A DNA stretch of 64,000 nt from an uncultured Mycoplasmatota bacterium (GTDB taxonomy: Bacteria > Bacillota_I > Bacilli_A > RF39 > UBA660), in NCBI GenBank assembly GCA_900549625.1, contig URPE01000002.1, positions 2,242-66,241 of the forward strand, written 5' to 3'. The notes beneath the pieces were generated by a model. The model ran no database searches, was not told the DNA's origin, and saw only the letters and a list, made by a program, of their open reading frames with translations. The position numbers and the translations under genes are program-made. This document shows positions 1 to 8,943 of this stretch, piece after piece (within the stretch, counting starts at the first letter, position 1; each line of letters starts with the position of its first letter).

Positions 1-585
1 TACTGCATCTTCATGTTGACCACCATCATAATGATATGCTTTCATACTAACTAAATCAATGATACCATTGAAATCATTTTCGGCACCAATAGGCCATTCA
101 ATTGGTTTGGTATCAACACCTAAACGATCTTTAATTGTTTTTAATGAGTACGCAAAATCTGCACCCATTTTACCCATTTTATTACACATAATCATACGTG
201 GAACTTTAAATTCATTAGCTTGACGCCAAACAGTTTCAGTTTGTGGTTCAACACCAGCTTGAGCATCTAAAAGTGCTACGGCACCATCTAATACACGTAA
301 ACTACGAGAAACTTCAACAGTGAAGTCTACGTGGCCCGGAGTATCGATAATATTGAAACGGTATCCCTTCCAGTGTGCAGTTGTCGCAGCTGAGGTAATT
401 GTGATACCTCTTTCTTTTTCTTGTTCCATCCAGTCCATTTGTGATTCACCATCATGTGTTTCACCAATTTTATGAGTGACACCGGTATGGAATAAAATTC
501 TTTCCGTTGTCGTTGTTTTTCCGGCATCAATGTGAGCCATAATACCAAGGTTTCTTACTTTGTCAATTGAGACATCTCTTGTCAT
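1..585 (-). CDS. fusA: Elongation factor G, N-terminal ~195 codons (rest lies beyond the left edge)
   Basis: Own reverse translation from ATG 583-585 reads [35 protein letters not shown]...[17 protein letters not shown] (GTPase G1/G3 motifs). GGAGAG RBS. Follows rpsL-rpsG. Missing from the ORF track because no stop lies in the window. Confidence 0.95.
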   Translation of the reverse strand, partial: MTRDVSIDKVRNLGIMAHIDAGKTTTTERILFHTGVTHKIGETHDGESQMDWMEQEKERGITITSAATTAHWKGYRFNIIDTPGHVDFTVEVSRSLRVLDGAVALLDAQAGVEPQTETVWRQANEFKVPRMIMCNKMGKMGADFAYSLKTIKDRLGVDTKPIEWPIGAENDFNGIIDLVSMKAYHYDGGQHEDAV

Positions 586-596
586 AGTTCACTCTC

Positions 597-1064
597 CTAC
601 CATCTATAATGAGCAAATGCTTTATTTGCTTCAGCCATTTTGTGAGTATCCTCACGTTTTTTAACAGCACCACCAGTGCCATTTGCAGCATCAATAATTT
701 CCATAGCAAGTTTAAATGCCATTCCTTTGCCGCTTCTATTTTTTGCATAATTAACTAACCATCTTAGAGCTAAAGCTTGACTTCTGTCATCATTAACCTC
801 AATAGGTACTTGATAGTTACTACCACCAACACGGCGAGATTTAACCTCTAAGGCAGGTTTAATATTCTCTAAAGCTTCTTCATAAACTTCAATTGCAGGA
901 CGACCTGTTTTTTCAGTTACAATATCGAATGCTTCATAAAGAATCTTTTGAGCTGTTCCTTTTTTACCATCTTGCATAATTTGGTTTATAAGTTTAGTAA
1001 CAACCTTTGACTTATAAATAGAATCTGGTAAAACATCTCTTTTTTCTGCTCTTCTCTTACGCAT
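597..1064 (-). CDS. rpsG: 30S ribosomal protein S7
   Basis: 155-aa ORF with full-length S7-family sequence ([20 protein letters not shown]...AFAHYRW). Sits between rpsL and fusA. Confidence 0.97.
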   Translation of the reverse strand: MRKRRAEKRDVLPDSIYKSKVVTKLINQIMQDGKKGTAQKILYEAFDIVTEKTGRPAIEVYEEALENIKPALEVKSRRVGGSNYQVPIEVNDDRSQALALRWLVNYAKNRSGKGMAFKLAMEIIDAANGTGGAVKKREDTHKMAEANKAFAHYRW

Positions 1065-1082
1065 AATTATTTCCTCCTTCTA

Positions 1083-1499
1083 TTATTTAGTTTTTGGTCT
1101 CTTTGTACCATATTTACTACGTCCTTGTTTACGGTTTTGAACGCCTTGAGTATCTAATGTACCACGAATTACATGATAACGTACACCGATTAAGTCTTTA
1201 ACACGTCCACCACGTACTAAAACAACGCTATGTTCTTGTAAGTTATGTCCTTCACCTGGAATATAAGCATCGATTTCTTTACCATTAGAAAGTCTAACAC
1301 GAGCATATTTACGTAATGCTGAGTTCGGTTTCTTTGGTGTTTTAGTAGCAACACGAGTACAAACCCCACGTTTTTGAGGACTAAATTGATCAGTTTGTTT
1401 TCTCTCTAAAGTATTTAACCCAACATTTAAAACTGGACTTTTACTTTTACGAGTTTTTTTACTTCTTCCTTTTTTTACAAGTTGATTAATAGTAGCCAT
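1083..1499 (-). CDS. rpsL: 30S ribosomal protein S12
   Basis: S12-family sequence ([12 protein letters not shown]...[10 protein letters not shown]...[13 protein letters not shown]). Start moved to ATG 1497-1499, which follows GGAAGGAGAG; the track ORF starts 6 codons earlier. Confidence 0.96.
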   Translation of the reverse strand: MATINQLVKKGRSKKTRKSKSPVLNVGLNTLERKQTDQFSPQKRGVCTRVATKTPKKPNSALRKYARVRLSNGKEIDAYIPGEGHNLQEHSVVLVRGGRVKDLIGVRYHVIRGTLDTQGVQNRKQGRSKYGTKRPKTK

Positions 1500-1595
1500 A
1501 ATTTCTCTCCTTCCCATTTACACACACCCTGGTGTATCAAACATTTCTTTAAATAAGACCTTACCTAAGTAAAACCAACATTTAAAATCAAAAAT

Positions 1596-1624
1596 ATATT
1601 ACCATTTATTAGTTACGTTGTCAA
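1596..1624 (-). promoter_or_regulatory. Sigma-A-type promoter of the rpsL-rpsG-fusA (str) operon
   Basis: Minus-sense TTGACA (1619-1624), 17-nt spacer, TAATAT (1596-1601), about 95 nt upstream of the rpsL ATG. Confidence 0.6.
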
Positions 1625-1641
1625 ATAAAATCGCACATTTT

Positions 1642-2292
1642 TTAAACACCATCAATACAATTATCATATACCCATTTGTTAATTTCAGTATAATCATTTG
1701 TTTCATAAAAATGAATTAGCACATTAAAGTATTCACCAATTTTTGGCACTGGCACTGAAATTATTCCTTGTCCACATCTTATCATTTCCTTATTAGCAAC
1801 TAAATTCGCTACACGCTTATTTCCATCTTTAAACATTTGAGAACGTTGAAGGAAAGCAAATAAAGTTATACACCTTTCTAATGGATTTACAATATTCTTT
1901 ATTTTTTCTAATTCTTCTTCATAATTACAATTTATAGGTAATTCTGGTCTCCAAGATGTACCTGTAATTCCAACTCCACAGTCTCTAAACTCACCAAGTG
2001 GATAAATGTTTTGCCCTTTACAAACTTGAAAATGAATTTTTTTAATATAATCAATCGTTAACTCTTCATCAATTGTATTCAAAACTAATTCCCAGGCATC
2101 CTTAAGTCCTTTTAATTTTAACATATCATCAATAGTTATGTTTCCAGTATTAACATTGTTAAAAAAAGCCATGGTATCTGCAAATGTAACAGCAATTCCT
2201 TCTAAATTAGCACTTCTATACAAATTATCAACTAATTTTCTTTTTGCAAAAAAAATGTTATCGTCTTTTGTCATATTATATATACTTTTCAT
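1642..2292 (-). CDS. Fic/DOC-fold protein with degenerate active-site motif
   Basis: 216 aa. Residues 152-163 read QMFKDGNKRVAN where Fic enzymes have HPFx[DE]GNGRxxR (His->Gln, second Gly->Lys, last Arg->Asn). N-terminal SANLEGI block is typical of Fic N-terminal regions. Confidence 0.6.
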   Translation of the reverse strand: MKSIYNMTKDDNIFFAKRKLVDNLYRSANLEGIAVTFADTMAFFNNVNTGNITIDDMLKLKGLKDAWELVLNTIDEELTIDYIKKIHFQVCKGQNIYPLGEFRDCGVGITGTSWRPELPINCNYEEELEKIKNIVNPLERCITLFAFLQRSQMFKDGNKRVANLVANKEMIRCGQGIISVPVPKIGEYFNVLIHFYETNDYTEINKWVYDNCIDGV

Positions 2293-2321
2293 AATATCTC
2301 CTTACCTATTTATTAATCTCA

Positions 2322-2687
2322 CTAAATTGCTTTTTGATAGCCCTTAGTCTTATATTTATCACATTTAATATAAGCCTTATAAAGATACTTAGAAGAATCA
2401 TTTTTCACAATAACAAATGCATCACATTCATTTTCTTTAACTTTTAAAGTATCTAAAAGACCTGCTTCAACTAATTCCTCGCCAGTAATCTTTATAGAAT
2501 CAAACTCTAACTTACGTTCTGTAATATAAACATTAGCCTTATCAACTAAAAGACTTTCAAAATCTTTATATTCCTTACTTTCTTTTTTATAAATAAGACC
2601 TATAATAGTAAGTCCTAAAACCAAAGAAACTAAAACAAAACCCCATACAAAACTAATCATTCGCATTTTTTTATAATTAACATTCAT
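2322..2687 (-). CDS. Small membrane-anchored protein, C-terminal two-Cys domain paralogous to 2687-3085
   Basis: 121 aa with an N-terminal TM (ISFVWGFVLVSLVLGLTIIGLI). C-terminus CDAFVIVKN...YIKCDKYKTKGY parallels CEGYVMITD...FIHCNNYETEGY of the upstream gene. Overlaps that gene by 1 nt. Confidence 0.6.
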   Translation of the reverse strand: MNVNYKKMRMISFVWGFVLVSLVLGLTIIGLIYKKESKEYKDFESLLVDKANVYITERKLEFDSIKITGEELVEAGLLDTLKVKENECDAFVIVKNDSSKYLYKAYIKCDKYKTKGYQKAI

Positions 2688-3085
2688 TAGTATCCCTCAG
2701 TTTCATAATTATTACAATGAATAAAAACTTCATAATCATCAGTAATCATAACATATCCTTCACATGTATCATTACTAGTTTTAAGTTTACTACTCGTTAA
2801 ATACTTATTTTCTATAAGTTCATCACTAGTTAAAATTTCACTATCATCATCAGCATGATTTTTTATATATCTTCGTGCCGCAATTTTTAAATTATTTTCT
2901 ATATCTTTATAAGTATATCCATTATTAGTTGAACTAGATGGAGTACTACTACTACCATTATTAGATAAATCTAACTGTGAATATAAACTGTTTATTAACA
3001 CAGAAACAAATAAAACAAAAAAAAGTAATATTGCTGAGAAAAAAAGCATTTCTTTTAATCCCCATCCATGATTATTAAGTTTCAT
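2687..3085 (-). CDS. Small secreted/membrane protein with prepilin-like N-terminus
   Basis: Likely start is ATG 3083-3085, giving MKLNNHG/WGLKEMLFFSAILLFFVLFVSVLI. This is a short basic leader ending in Gly, Glu at +5 and a hydrophobic helix, i.e. a type IV pilin-like class III signal pattern. Ser-rich linker. The C-terminal two-Cys domain is shared with 2322-2687. Confidence 0.55.
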   Translation of the reverse strand: MKLNNHGWGLKEMLFFSAILLFFVLFVSVLINSLYSQLDLSNNGSSSTPSSSTNNGYTYKDIENNLKIAARRYIKNHADDDSEILTSDELIENKYLTSSKLKTSNDTCEGYVMITDDYEVFIHCNNYETEGY

Positions 3086-3086
3086 T

Positions 3087-3368
3087 TTATTCACCAACAC
3101 TTTCTATAACATTATTTTTAACAATTATAGCATTTAATCCATAAGATGTTTTTCCATCCTTAGTATATTCATAATATTTATAACCAAGACTAACACACTC
3201 ATAATATTCACCATTATTTATAGTTTTAGTATCTTCCGAAATACAAATAAGAGGTTTTAAAGCCTCTTGAGCCTTAAAATAATCTCTCACCAAAATACCA
3301 AGCCAACTAATAAGTAAAATAAATATTATAATTGATATAATTTTTTTTAAAAGTTTCATTTTCTTCAC
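3087..3368 (-). CDS. Small membrane-anchored protein
   Basis: 93 aa with an N-terminal TM (IISIIIFILLISWLGILV) and two Cys in the ectodomain. Its stop lies 1 nt before the next gene start (operon with 2687-3085 and 2322-2687). Confidence 0.55.
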   Translation of the reverse strand: MKKMKLLKKIISIIIFILLISWLGILVRDYFKAQEALKPLICISEDTKTINNGEYYECVSLGYKYYEYTKDGKTSYGLNAIIVKNNVIESVGE

Positions 3369-3425
3369 CCCAACAATAACAAGTATATTATAGCGAATTA
3401 TTAATTTTAAAACAACTTATTTAAC

Positions 3426-3989
3426 TTACTTTAATTCTTTAATTTCATTATAAAGCTTATCTAATTGCTTAATTCTATTGTCAAGAATACTAACATCAAA
3501 ATATGTAATATTATTTTTTTCACATTCATCTTTTATAATATTATTTCTTATAAATATATCTTTTGCTTGAATATTCGCTTCATCTATAGACAGTTTTTTA
3601 TTCCATTCAAATTCATCACCATATTTTCCTAAGCAATCAATTATTTGAGAAATGGTTGCATCAGGATAAATAAGATAATAAATATAAACGTCATCTATCT
3701 TATTTAAACCAAGCATTTCAGAAGGCAAAAAATCATATATATCAAAAACGACATTTTGATTATAATTTTGAGCATCTTCATAATATCTATTCACCAAGTT
3801 ATTAAAAAATGCAAATTCTTGTTGATGCCTTTCGTTTTTATCAAATATAGACAATTCATCTAAATGATTATCAAACGCATCTAACAAATAATCAAATTTT
3901 AAATATATATAACCATCTTTAGCTAAACGATTACATGTTGTCGTTTTACCAGCACGCCTATTTCCGGCAATTATAACTAACTTTCCCAT
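3426..3989 (-). CDS. P-loop NTPase / nucleotide-kinase-like protein
   Basis: 187 aa with Walker A at the N-terminus (VIIAGNRRAGKTTT). Small single-domain size is typical of AAA_33/kinase-like proteins. No closer family recognised. Confidence 0.55.
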   Translation of the reverse strand: MGKLVIIAGNRRAGKTTTCNRLAKDGYIYLKFDYLLDAFDNHLDELSIFDKNERHQQEFAFFNNLVNRYYEDAQNYNQNVVFDIYDFLPSEMLGLNKIDDVYIYYLIYPDATISQIIDCLGKYGDEFEWNKKLSIDEANIQAKDIFIRNNIIKDECEKNNITYFDVSILDNRIKQLDKLYNEIKELK

Positions 3990-4104
3990 AAATACCCTCC
4001 ATTAATATTATTTAATAATTAAAATTAACCATAAATATAATATCAAAAAGCTTGGATACATATCAATAACTTTCCGAATCATCCACATAATTTTTTGTTA
4101 AAAC

Positions 4105-4133
4105 AAGAAAAAAAGAACCACCTAAGTAGTTCT
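4105..4133 (-). terminator. Intrinsic terminator after rplL
   Basis: Minus-sense AGAACUAC-UUAG-GUGGUUCU hairpin (4114-4133) followed by a U-run (plus-strand A-run 4108-4114), immediately 3' of the rplL stop. Confidence 0.7.
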
Positions 4134-4140
4134 AATTCAA

Positions 4141-4506
4141 TTAAGCAAGTTCGATTTCAGCGCCAGCTTCTTCTAATTGAGCTTTAATTTGGTTAGCTTC
4201 TTCAGCAGGAACGTTTTCTTTAACATTTCCACCATTATCAGCTAATGCTTTAGCATCAACTAATCCAAGTCCTGTAATTTCTTTTAATAGTTTAATTACA
4301 GCAATCTTGTTTCCTCCAGCACTCTTTAATACTACAGTTTTGTTTGCGTTGTCAGCTTCTGCTTCAGCTGCAGGAGCAGCAGCAACAGCAACAGCACTTG
4401 GATCAACACCAAATTTTTCTTTCATAGCGTCAACCCATTCTTTAATTTCTAAAAGTGTCATTTCTTCTAGTGAAGCAATAAAATCTTCAGTTTTAATTTT
4501 AGCCAT
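4141..4506 (-). CDS. rplL: 50S ribosomal protein L7/L12
   Basis: 121 aa with an Ala-rich hinge (AAAPAAEAEA) and the conserved C-terminal domain (IKLLKEITGLGLVDAKALAD...). Confidence 0.97.
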   Translation of the reverse strand: MAKIKTEDFIASLEEMTLLEIKEWVDAMKEKFGVDPSAVAVAAAPAAEAEADNANKTVVLKSAGGNKIAVIKLLKEITGLGLVDAKALADNGGNVKENVPAEEANQIKAQLEEAGAEIELA

Positions 4507-4524
4507 TTCTAATCATTTCCTTTC

Positions 4525-5019
4525 TTAATTTTCTTCTTTTTCCTCAGCATATAAATTTAATGCAATAGATAAGTTACGAACATGTTCCATCATACCAGCA
4601 GCAAGCATTGTAAGTAATCCTTCTCTAGATGGTATAGCAGCATATTCATTAATTGTAGCCAAATCAGCTACTGAACCATTAATGATACCAATGCGAATTT
4701 CTAACTTATCATGTGCCTTAGCAAAGTCTGCTAATACTTTAATTGGTTCAAGTAAATTTTTACCAAACAAAATAGCATTAGGACCTTCTAAGAAACCATC
4801 AAAGCTATAATTCATATCATCAAGAGCTCTTTTTAATAGGGTATTTTTATAAACTTTAACTGTAGCATCTGTACCCTTTAAGTTTCTTCTTAATTCAGAA
4901 AGTTCAGCAACAGTTAAGCCTTGATATTGAAATAAGATAACTGATTCACTATCAGCAATACTTTTTTCAATTTCTGAAACTATTACTTTTTTTCCATCAA
5001 GAATTTTTGTGCTAGCCAT
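4525..5019 (-). CDS. rplJ: 50S ribosomal protein L10
   Basis: 164-aa L10-family sequence, directly upstream of rplL. Confidence 0.95.
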   Translation of the reverse strand: MASTKILDGKKVIVSEIEKSIADSESVILFQYQGLTVAELSELRRNLKGTDATVKVYKNTLLKRALDDMNYSFDGFLEGPNAILFGKNLLEPIKVLADFAKAHDKLEIRIGIINGSVADLATINEYAAIPSREGLLTMLAAGMMEHVRNLSIALNLYAEEKEEN

Positions 5020-5170
5020 ATCGTTTCCTCCTTTGCTTAATCTATCAAAAAAAGCTATCCGACTAAAGGACAGCCTAAAGTTAAGCGTCCCTCGGCAAGA
5101 TAATTAAGGTTAAACCCCTTGCTGTCTTCGGTCATTGCTTTTTTCGAACAATATTATAATCGATTCTGAA
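5020..5170 (-). promoter_or_regulatory. Structured rplJ leader (L10-leader-like attenuator)
   Basis: 150-nt non-coding gap between rplA and rplJ. Minus-sense hairpin GCUGUCC-UUUAGUC-GGAUAGC (5054-5074) plus U7 (5047-5053) lies about 30 nt before the rplJ RBS. Bacillota L10 leaders work by terminator/antiterminator. Confidence 0.5.
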
Positions 5171-5869
5171 TTAAATGTCAAAAGAATTTTGATCTATTTT
5201 AATACCAGGACCCATTGTAGATGATACACTAATTGATGTAATATATTTACCCTTAACAGTAGATGGTTTCATACGTGTTAAAGTGCTTACAACATATTGT
5301 AAATTTTCTTTTAAAGCATTAGCATCAAAAGAAACTTTACCAAGCATACCATGAATATTACCATATGAATCAGTACGGAATTCAACCATACCTTTATTGA
5401 TGTCTTCAATTGCTTTTACAGGATTAGGTGTTACAGTATTAGTCTTAGGATTTGGCATTAAACCTTTAGGTCCTAAAATTTTACCAATTTTACCTAATTC
5501 TGGCATCATGTCTGGAGTAGCAACGATTACATCAAAATCAAACCAATTTTCTTTTTGGATTTTTTCGATCATATCCTTATCTCCAACATATTGAGCTCCT
5601 GCTTCCTTAGCAGCTTCAGCAGCTGCACCTTTTGCAATAACTAAAATACGTTTAGTCTTTCCTGTACCATTTGGCATAATGAAAGAACCACGTAATTGTT
5701 GATCAGCCTTTTTAGGGTCAACATTTAATTTAATTGCAAAATCAACAGTTCCATCAAATTTAGTAATAGATGTACTTTGAGCAAGTTCAATTGCTTCTAG
5801 AGCGCTATAAAGTTTGTTTTTATCAACATTCTTACTAGCTTCCACATATTTGCGACCAAATTTTTTCAT
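5171..5869 (-). CDS. rplA: 50S ribosomal protein L1
   Basis: 232-aa L1-family sequence between rplK and rplJ. Confidence 0.96.
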   Translation of the reverse strand: MKKFGRKYVEASKNVDKNKLYSALEAIELAQSTSITKFDGTVDFAIKLNVDPKKADQQLRGSFIMPNGTGKTKRILVIAKGAAAEAAKEAGAQYVGDKDMIEKIQKENWFDFDVIVATPDMMPELGKIGKILGPKGLMPNPKTNTVTPNPVKAIEDINKGMVEFRTDSYGNIHGMLGKVSFDANALKENLQYVVSTLTRMKPSTVKGKYITSISVSSTMGPGIKIDQNSFDI

Positions 5870-5913
5870 TATTTCCCTCCTAACTGTGGTTTATTAGCGG
5901 ACTTAATTATAAA

Positions 5914-6507
5914 CTAATCTTCTTTAGATTCGTCTTCTTTATTCTTACTGATAACCTCAACTTCAGCAGAACCAGCTTCTTTTACTTCTGCTTCCATTTC
6001 AGCAAGTTCTTCTTCTCTTTTCTCCATCTCAGCTTCTTCAACTAAAGCTTCTTTAGCTTGTTCAGCCATCTCAGCATCATTAACACCAAGAACAGAAATA
6101 CCCATATTACGCGCAGTTCCTTCAATTTCTTTCATAGCATTCTCAACTTCATAAGAATTTAAATCAGGAAATTTAAGTTCAGCAATAGCGCGAATATCAT
6201 CTTTTGTTAAAGTAGCCACAACTTCATTAGCACCTTTTTTGCCACCTTTTTGAATTTTAGCAAATTTCTTAAGTAAGAATGATGCTGGTGGAGTTTTTAA
6301 GACAAAGTCAAATGTTCTGTCATCATAAATTGAAATTTCGCATGGTACAACATCACCAATTTTATCTTTAGTTGCATCATTAAATTTTTGACAGAAATCT
6401 TGAATATTAATACCTGCAGGTCCTAAAACAGTACCAACTGGTGGAGCTGGATTAGCCTTACCAGCAGGAATTTGTAATTTTACTTTCTTTACGACTTCTT
6501 TTGCCAC
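5914..6507 (-). CDS. rplK: 50S ribosomal protein L11 with ~56-aa acidic C-terminal extension
   Basis: The first ~141 aa are canonical L11 ([26 protein letters not shown]...). They are followed by [58 protein letters not shown] start after GGAG. Confidence 0.93.
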   Translation of the reverse strand: MAKEVVKKVKLQIPAGKANPAPPVGTVLGPAGINIQDFCQKFNDATKDKIGDVVPCEISIYDDRTFDFVLKTPPASFLLKKFAKIQKGGKKGANEVVATLTKDDIRAIAELKFPDLNSYEVENAMKEIEGTARNMGISVLGVNDAEMAEQAKEALVEEAEMEKREEELAEMEAEVKEAGSAEVEVISKNKEDESKED

Positions 6508-6652
6508 GAAAACCGACTCCTTTCTTTGGAATATTTAAGTTTTAAACGTGTAAGTGGTCTGGGCAAGTCCGCATGACTCCCTTCCACTTAATTGCACTTA
6601 ACTATAACATAAATGCACTTAAGATACTACCATAAATACCCACAAAAAGCAA
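6508..6652 (-). promoter_or_regulatory. rplK operon promoter plus structured leader hairpin
   Basis: Minus-sense TTGCTT (6647-6652), 17 nt, TAGTAT (6624-6629). The leader contains a long irregular hairpin AAGUGG-AAGGGAGUCAUGCGGACUUGCCCAGA-CCACUU (6552-6589). An L1-binding autoregulatory site is plausible but unproven. Confidence 0.4.
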
Positions 6653-6690
6653 GAACTTTTAAAAATATTCAAGTACAAAATATTACCTAA

Positions 6691-6716
6691 TAAAAAAACT
6701 GGAATAATTCCAGCTT
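6691..6716 (-). terminator. Intrinsic terminator after rplQ
   Basis: Minus-sense CUGGAAU-U-AUUCCAG hairpin (6699-6713) followed by U7 (plus-strand A-run 6692-6698). Confidence 0.75.
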
Positions 6717-6722
6717 TTTAAA

Positions 6723-7064
6723 TTAAACTAATTCTAAACGAACTTGTAAAGCGTCATCACCAACACGCTCAGTAATTTTAATGATTCTAGTATAGCCACC
6801 ATTTCTATCTTGATATTTAGTTGCTAATTCATTAAATACTTTTGCGACAACATCTTTATCATTATGTAAGAAAGCTAAAGCTTTTCTTCTTGAAACTAAA
6901 GTTCCATTTTTTCCGTAGGTAATCATTTTATCAACAAATTTACGTACTTCTTTAGCTCTTGCTTCTGTAGTAACTACATAACCATTCATTATAACAGTCT
7001 TTGTAAGACCTGCTAAAATACTTCTTCTTTGACGAGTTTCTCTTCCTAATTTTCTATATGCCAT
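6723..7064 (-). CDS. rplQ: 50S ribosomal protein L17
   Basis: 113-aa L17-family sequence, after rpoA. Confidence 0.96.
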   Translation of the reverse strand: MAYRKLGRETRQRRSILAGLTKTVIMNGYVVTTEARAKEVRKFVDKMITYGKNGTLVSRRKALAFLHNDKDVVAKVFNELATKYQDRNGGYTRIIKITERVGDDALQVRLELV

Positions 7065-7078
7065 ACATCTTACCTCCT

Positions 7079-8023
7079 TTAATCACGGAACTTAAGTCCC
7101 ATTTCTTCTACTTTATCAAGTACTTCTTTCAATGATTTTTTACCTAAGTTACGAATTTTTGTAACTTCTACTTCTTTTTTATTGATTAAATCTTGAACCG
7201 TATGAATTCCTGCTCTTTTTAAACAATTATAAGCGCGAACAGAGAATTCAATTTCTTCAATTGGTGTTTCTAAGGTTTTAGTAATAGTATCAACCTTTTT
7301 CTCACTCATAAGACCTGAAACATCACTAATTGCATTTAAATCAGCAACAATGCTAAAATGTTCAATTAATATTTTACCAGCTAAAGCCATACATTCTTCA
7401 GGAGTAATACTACCATTAGTTTCGATTTCCATAATTAATTTATCAAAATTTTCATTATGACCAACACGTGCACCTTCAACTTCATAAGCAACACGTTCAA
7501 CTGGACTATATAAAGAATCAATAGCAATTACACCAGGTTTATCCTCAGCATACATTTTTTGATTTTCCTTAGAATCAACATAGCCCTTACCATTATTACA
7601 TGTAAGTTCCATTGAAATTTTACCACCACTTACTAAATTACAAATAACATAATCAGGATTGCAAATTTCAATATCAGCATCATGTGTAATCATACCAGCA
7701 GTAACGGGTCCTTCTGTACTACATTCCAAACGAAGTGTTTTTGCTTCATCAGTATGATTTTTTAATACTACATTTTTTAGATTAAGTACTATTGCCGTAA
7801 CATCCTCATACACACCATCAATTTTTTGGAATTCATGAAGAACGCCATCAATTTTAACAGTTGTAATAGCACAACCAGGCATACTAGATAACATAACACG
7901 ACGTAGTGCATTACCTATCGTAGTACCAAATCCCCTTTCTAAAGGTTCAAGTTCAAACTTAGCATAATGATTGCTAGATTGATACTCAGTAATTTTATAA
8001 TCAGGTTTCTCAAATTTAATCAT
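7079..8023 (-). CDS. rpoA: DNA-directed RNA polymerase alpha subunit
   Basis: Alpha NTD plus CTD (EFSVRAYNCLKRAGIHTVQDL). Start set to ATG 8021-8023 (MIKFEKP...) after a GGGGG RBS. Confidence 0.96.
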   Translation of the reverse strand: MIKFEKPDYKITEYQSSNHYAKFELEPLERGFGTTIGNALRRVMLSSMPGCAITTVKIDGVLHEFQKIDGVYEDVTAIVLNLKNVVLKNHTDEAKTLRLECSTEGPVTAGMITHDADIEICNPDYVICNLVSGGKISMELTCNNGKGYVDSKENQKMYAEDKPGVIAIDSLYSPVERVAYEVEGARVGHNENFDKLIMEIETNGSITPEECMALAGKILIEHFSIVADLNAISDVSGLMSEKKVDTITKTLETPIEEIEFSVRAYNCLKRAGIHTVQDLINKKEVEVTKIRNLGKKSLKEVLDKVEEMGLKFRD

Positions 8024-8043
8024 ATTCACATTTCCCCCCATCA

Positions 8044-8427
8044 TTAATTTCTAGGTCTTTTTGGTGGACGACATCCATTATGTGGGATTGGTGTTTCATC
8101 AATAATACTTGTAACCTCTAATCCAACAGCTTGTAATTGACGGATAGCGTTTTCTCTTCCAGCACCTAAACCTCTAACATGAACTTCAACTTTTTTAACT
8201 CCACAGTCCATAGCAGCACGTCCAGCAGCTTCAGCACTAGTTCCTGCAGCAAAAGGAGTTTTCTTTTTAGAACCTTTATAACCAATAGTACCAGCACTTG
8301 CCCAACTAATAACATTACCATTTTTATCAGTAAGAGTTACAATAGTATTATTATAAGTAGAATGAATATGTGCAACAGCCTCAGGAATATTTTTCTTTAC
8401 TTTTCTTTTTCTTCTATTATATGCCAT
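8044..8427 (-). CDS. rpsK: 30S ribosomal protein S11
   Basis: 127-aa S11-family sequence. Confidence 0.96.
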   Translation of the reverse strand: MAYNRRKRKVKKNIPEAVAHIHSTYNNTIVTLTDKNGNVISWASAGTIGYKGSKKKTPFAAGTSAEAAGRAAMDCGVKKVEVHVRGLGAGRENAIRQLQAVGLEVTSIIDETPIPHNGCRPPKRPRN

Positions 8428-8438
8428 AATTAAACCTC

Positions 8439-8804
8439 CTATTTTTTCTTATTAGCAACAACTTTACCTCTACCTTTTCTGGTATGAGCGTTTCTACTTG
8501 TTCTTTGTCCTCTAACAGGAAGTCCTTTTTTATGACGAACTCCTTGATATGAGTTAATTTCCATTTTTTCTTTAATACTCATTTGTACTTCACGACGAAG
8601 ATCACCCTCAACAGTATGATTATCAATTTCTTTACGTAACTTTTGAATATCTTCATCTGTTAAATCTTTAACTTTACATTCAGGATCAACACCTGCATTT
8701 TTACAAATAGTTTTTGCTAAAGGTCTACCAATACCATAAATAGCCGTTAAACCTATACAAACATGTTTTTCATTTGGTAATTCAATATTCTTAATTCTTG
8801 CCAT
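8439..8804 (-). CDS. rpsM: 30S ribosomal protein S13
   Basis: 121-aa S13-family sequence ([15 protein letters not shown]...). Confidence 0.96.
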   Translation of the reverse strand: MARIKNIELPNEKHVCIGLTAIYGIGRPLAKTICKNAGVDPECKVKDLTDEDIQKLRKEIDNHTVEGDLRREVQMSIKEKMEINSYQGVRHKKGLPVRGQRTSRNAHTRKGRGKVVANKKK

Positions 8805-8817
8805 AATAACTCACTTT

Positions 8818-8931
8818 CTAACCTTGTACTTGTCTGTGTTTTGGATTTTCACAGATAACCATGATTTTTCCATTTCTTTTAATAATTTTACATTTTCTAC
8901 ATATTTTTTTTACTGAAGCTCTAACTTTCAT
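8818..8931 (-). CDS. rpmJ: 50S ribosomal protein L36
   Basis: Own translation gives [37 protein letters not shown] (37 aa, CxxC...C...H zinc ribbon). It lies between infA and rpsM and is too short for the ORF track. Confidence 0.93.
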   Translation of the reverse strand: MKVRASVKKICRKCKIIKRNGKIMVICENPKHRQVQG

Positions 8932-8943
8932 TTTTTACCTCCA

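Noticed and set aside
327-748. Track ORFs 327-548 and 563-748 on the minus strand.
   Set aside because: They are out-of-frame overlaps of fusA (true frame reads AHIDAGKTT...) and rpsG. Their products have no recognisable sequence.
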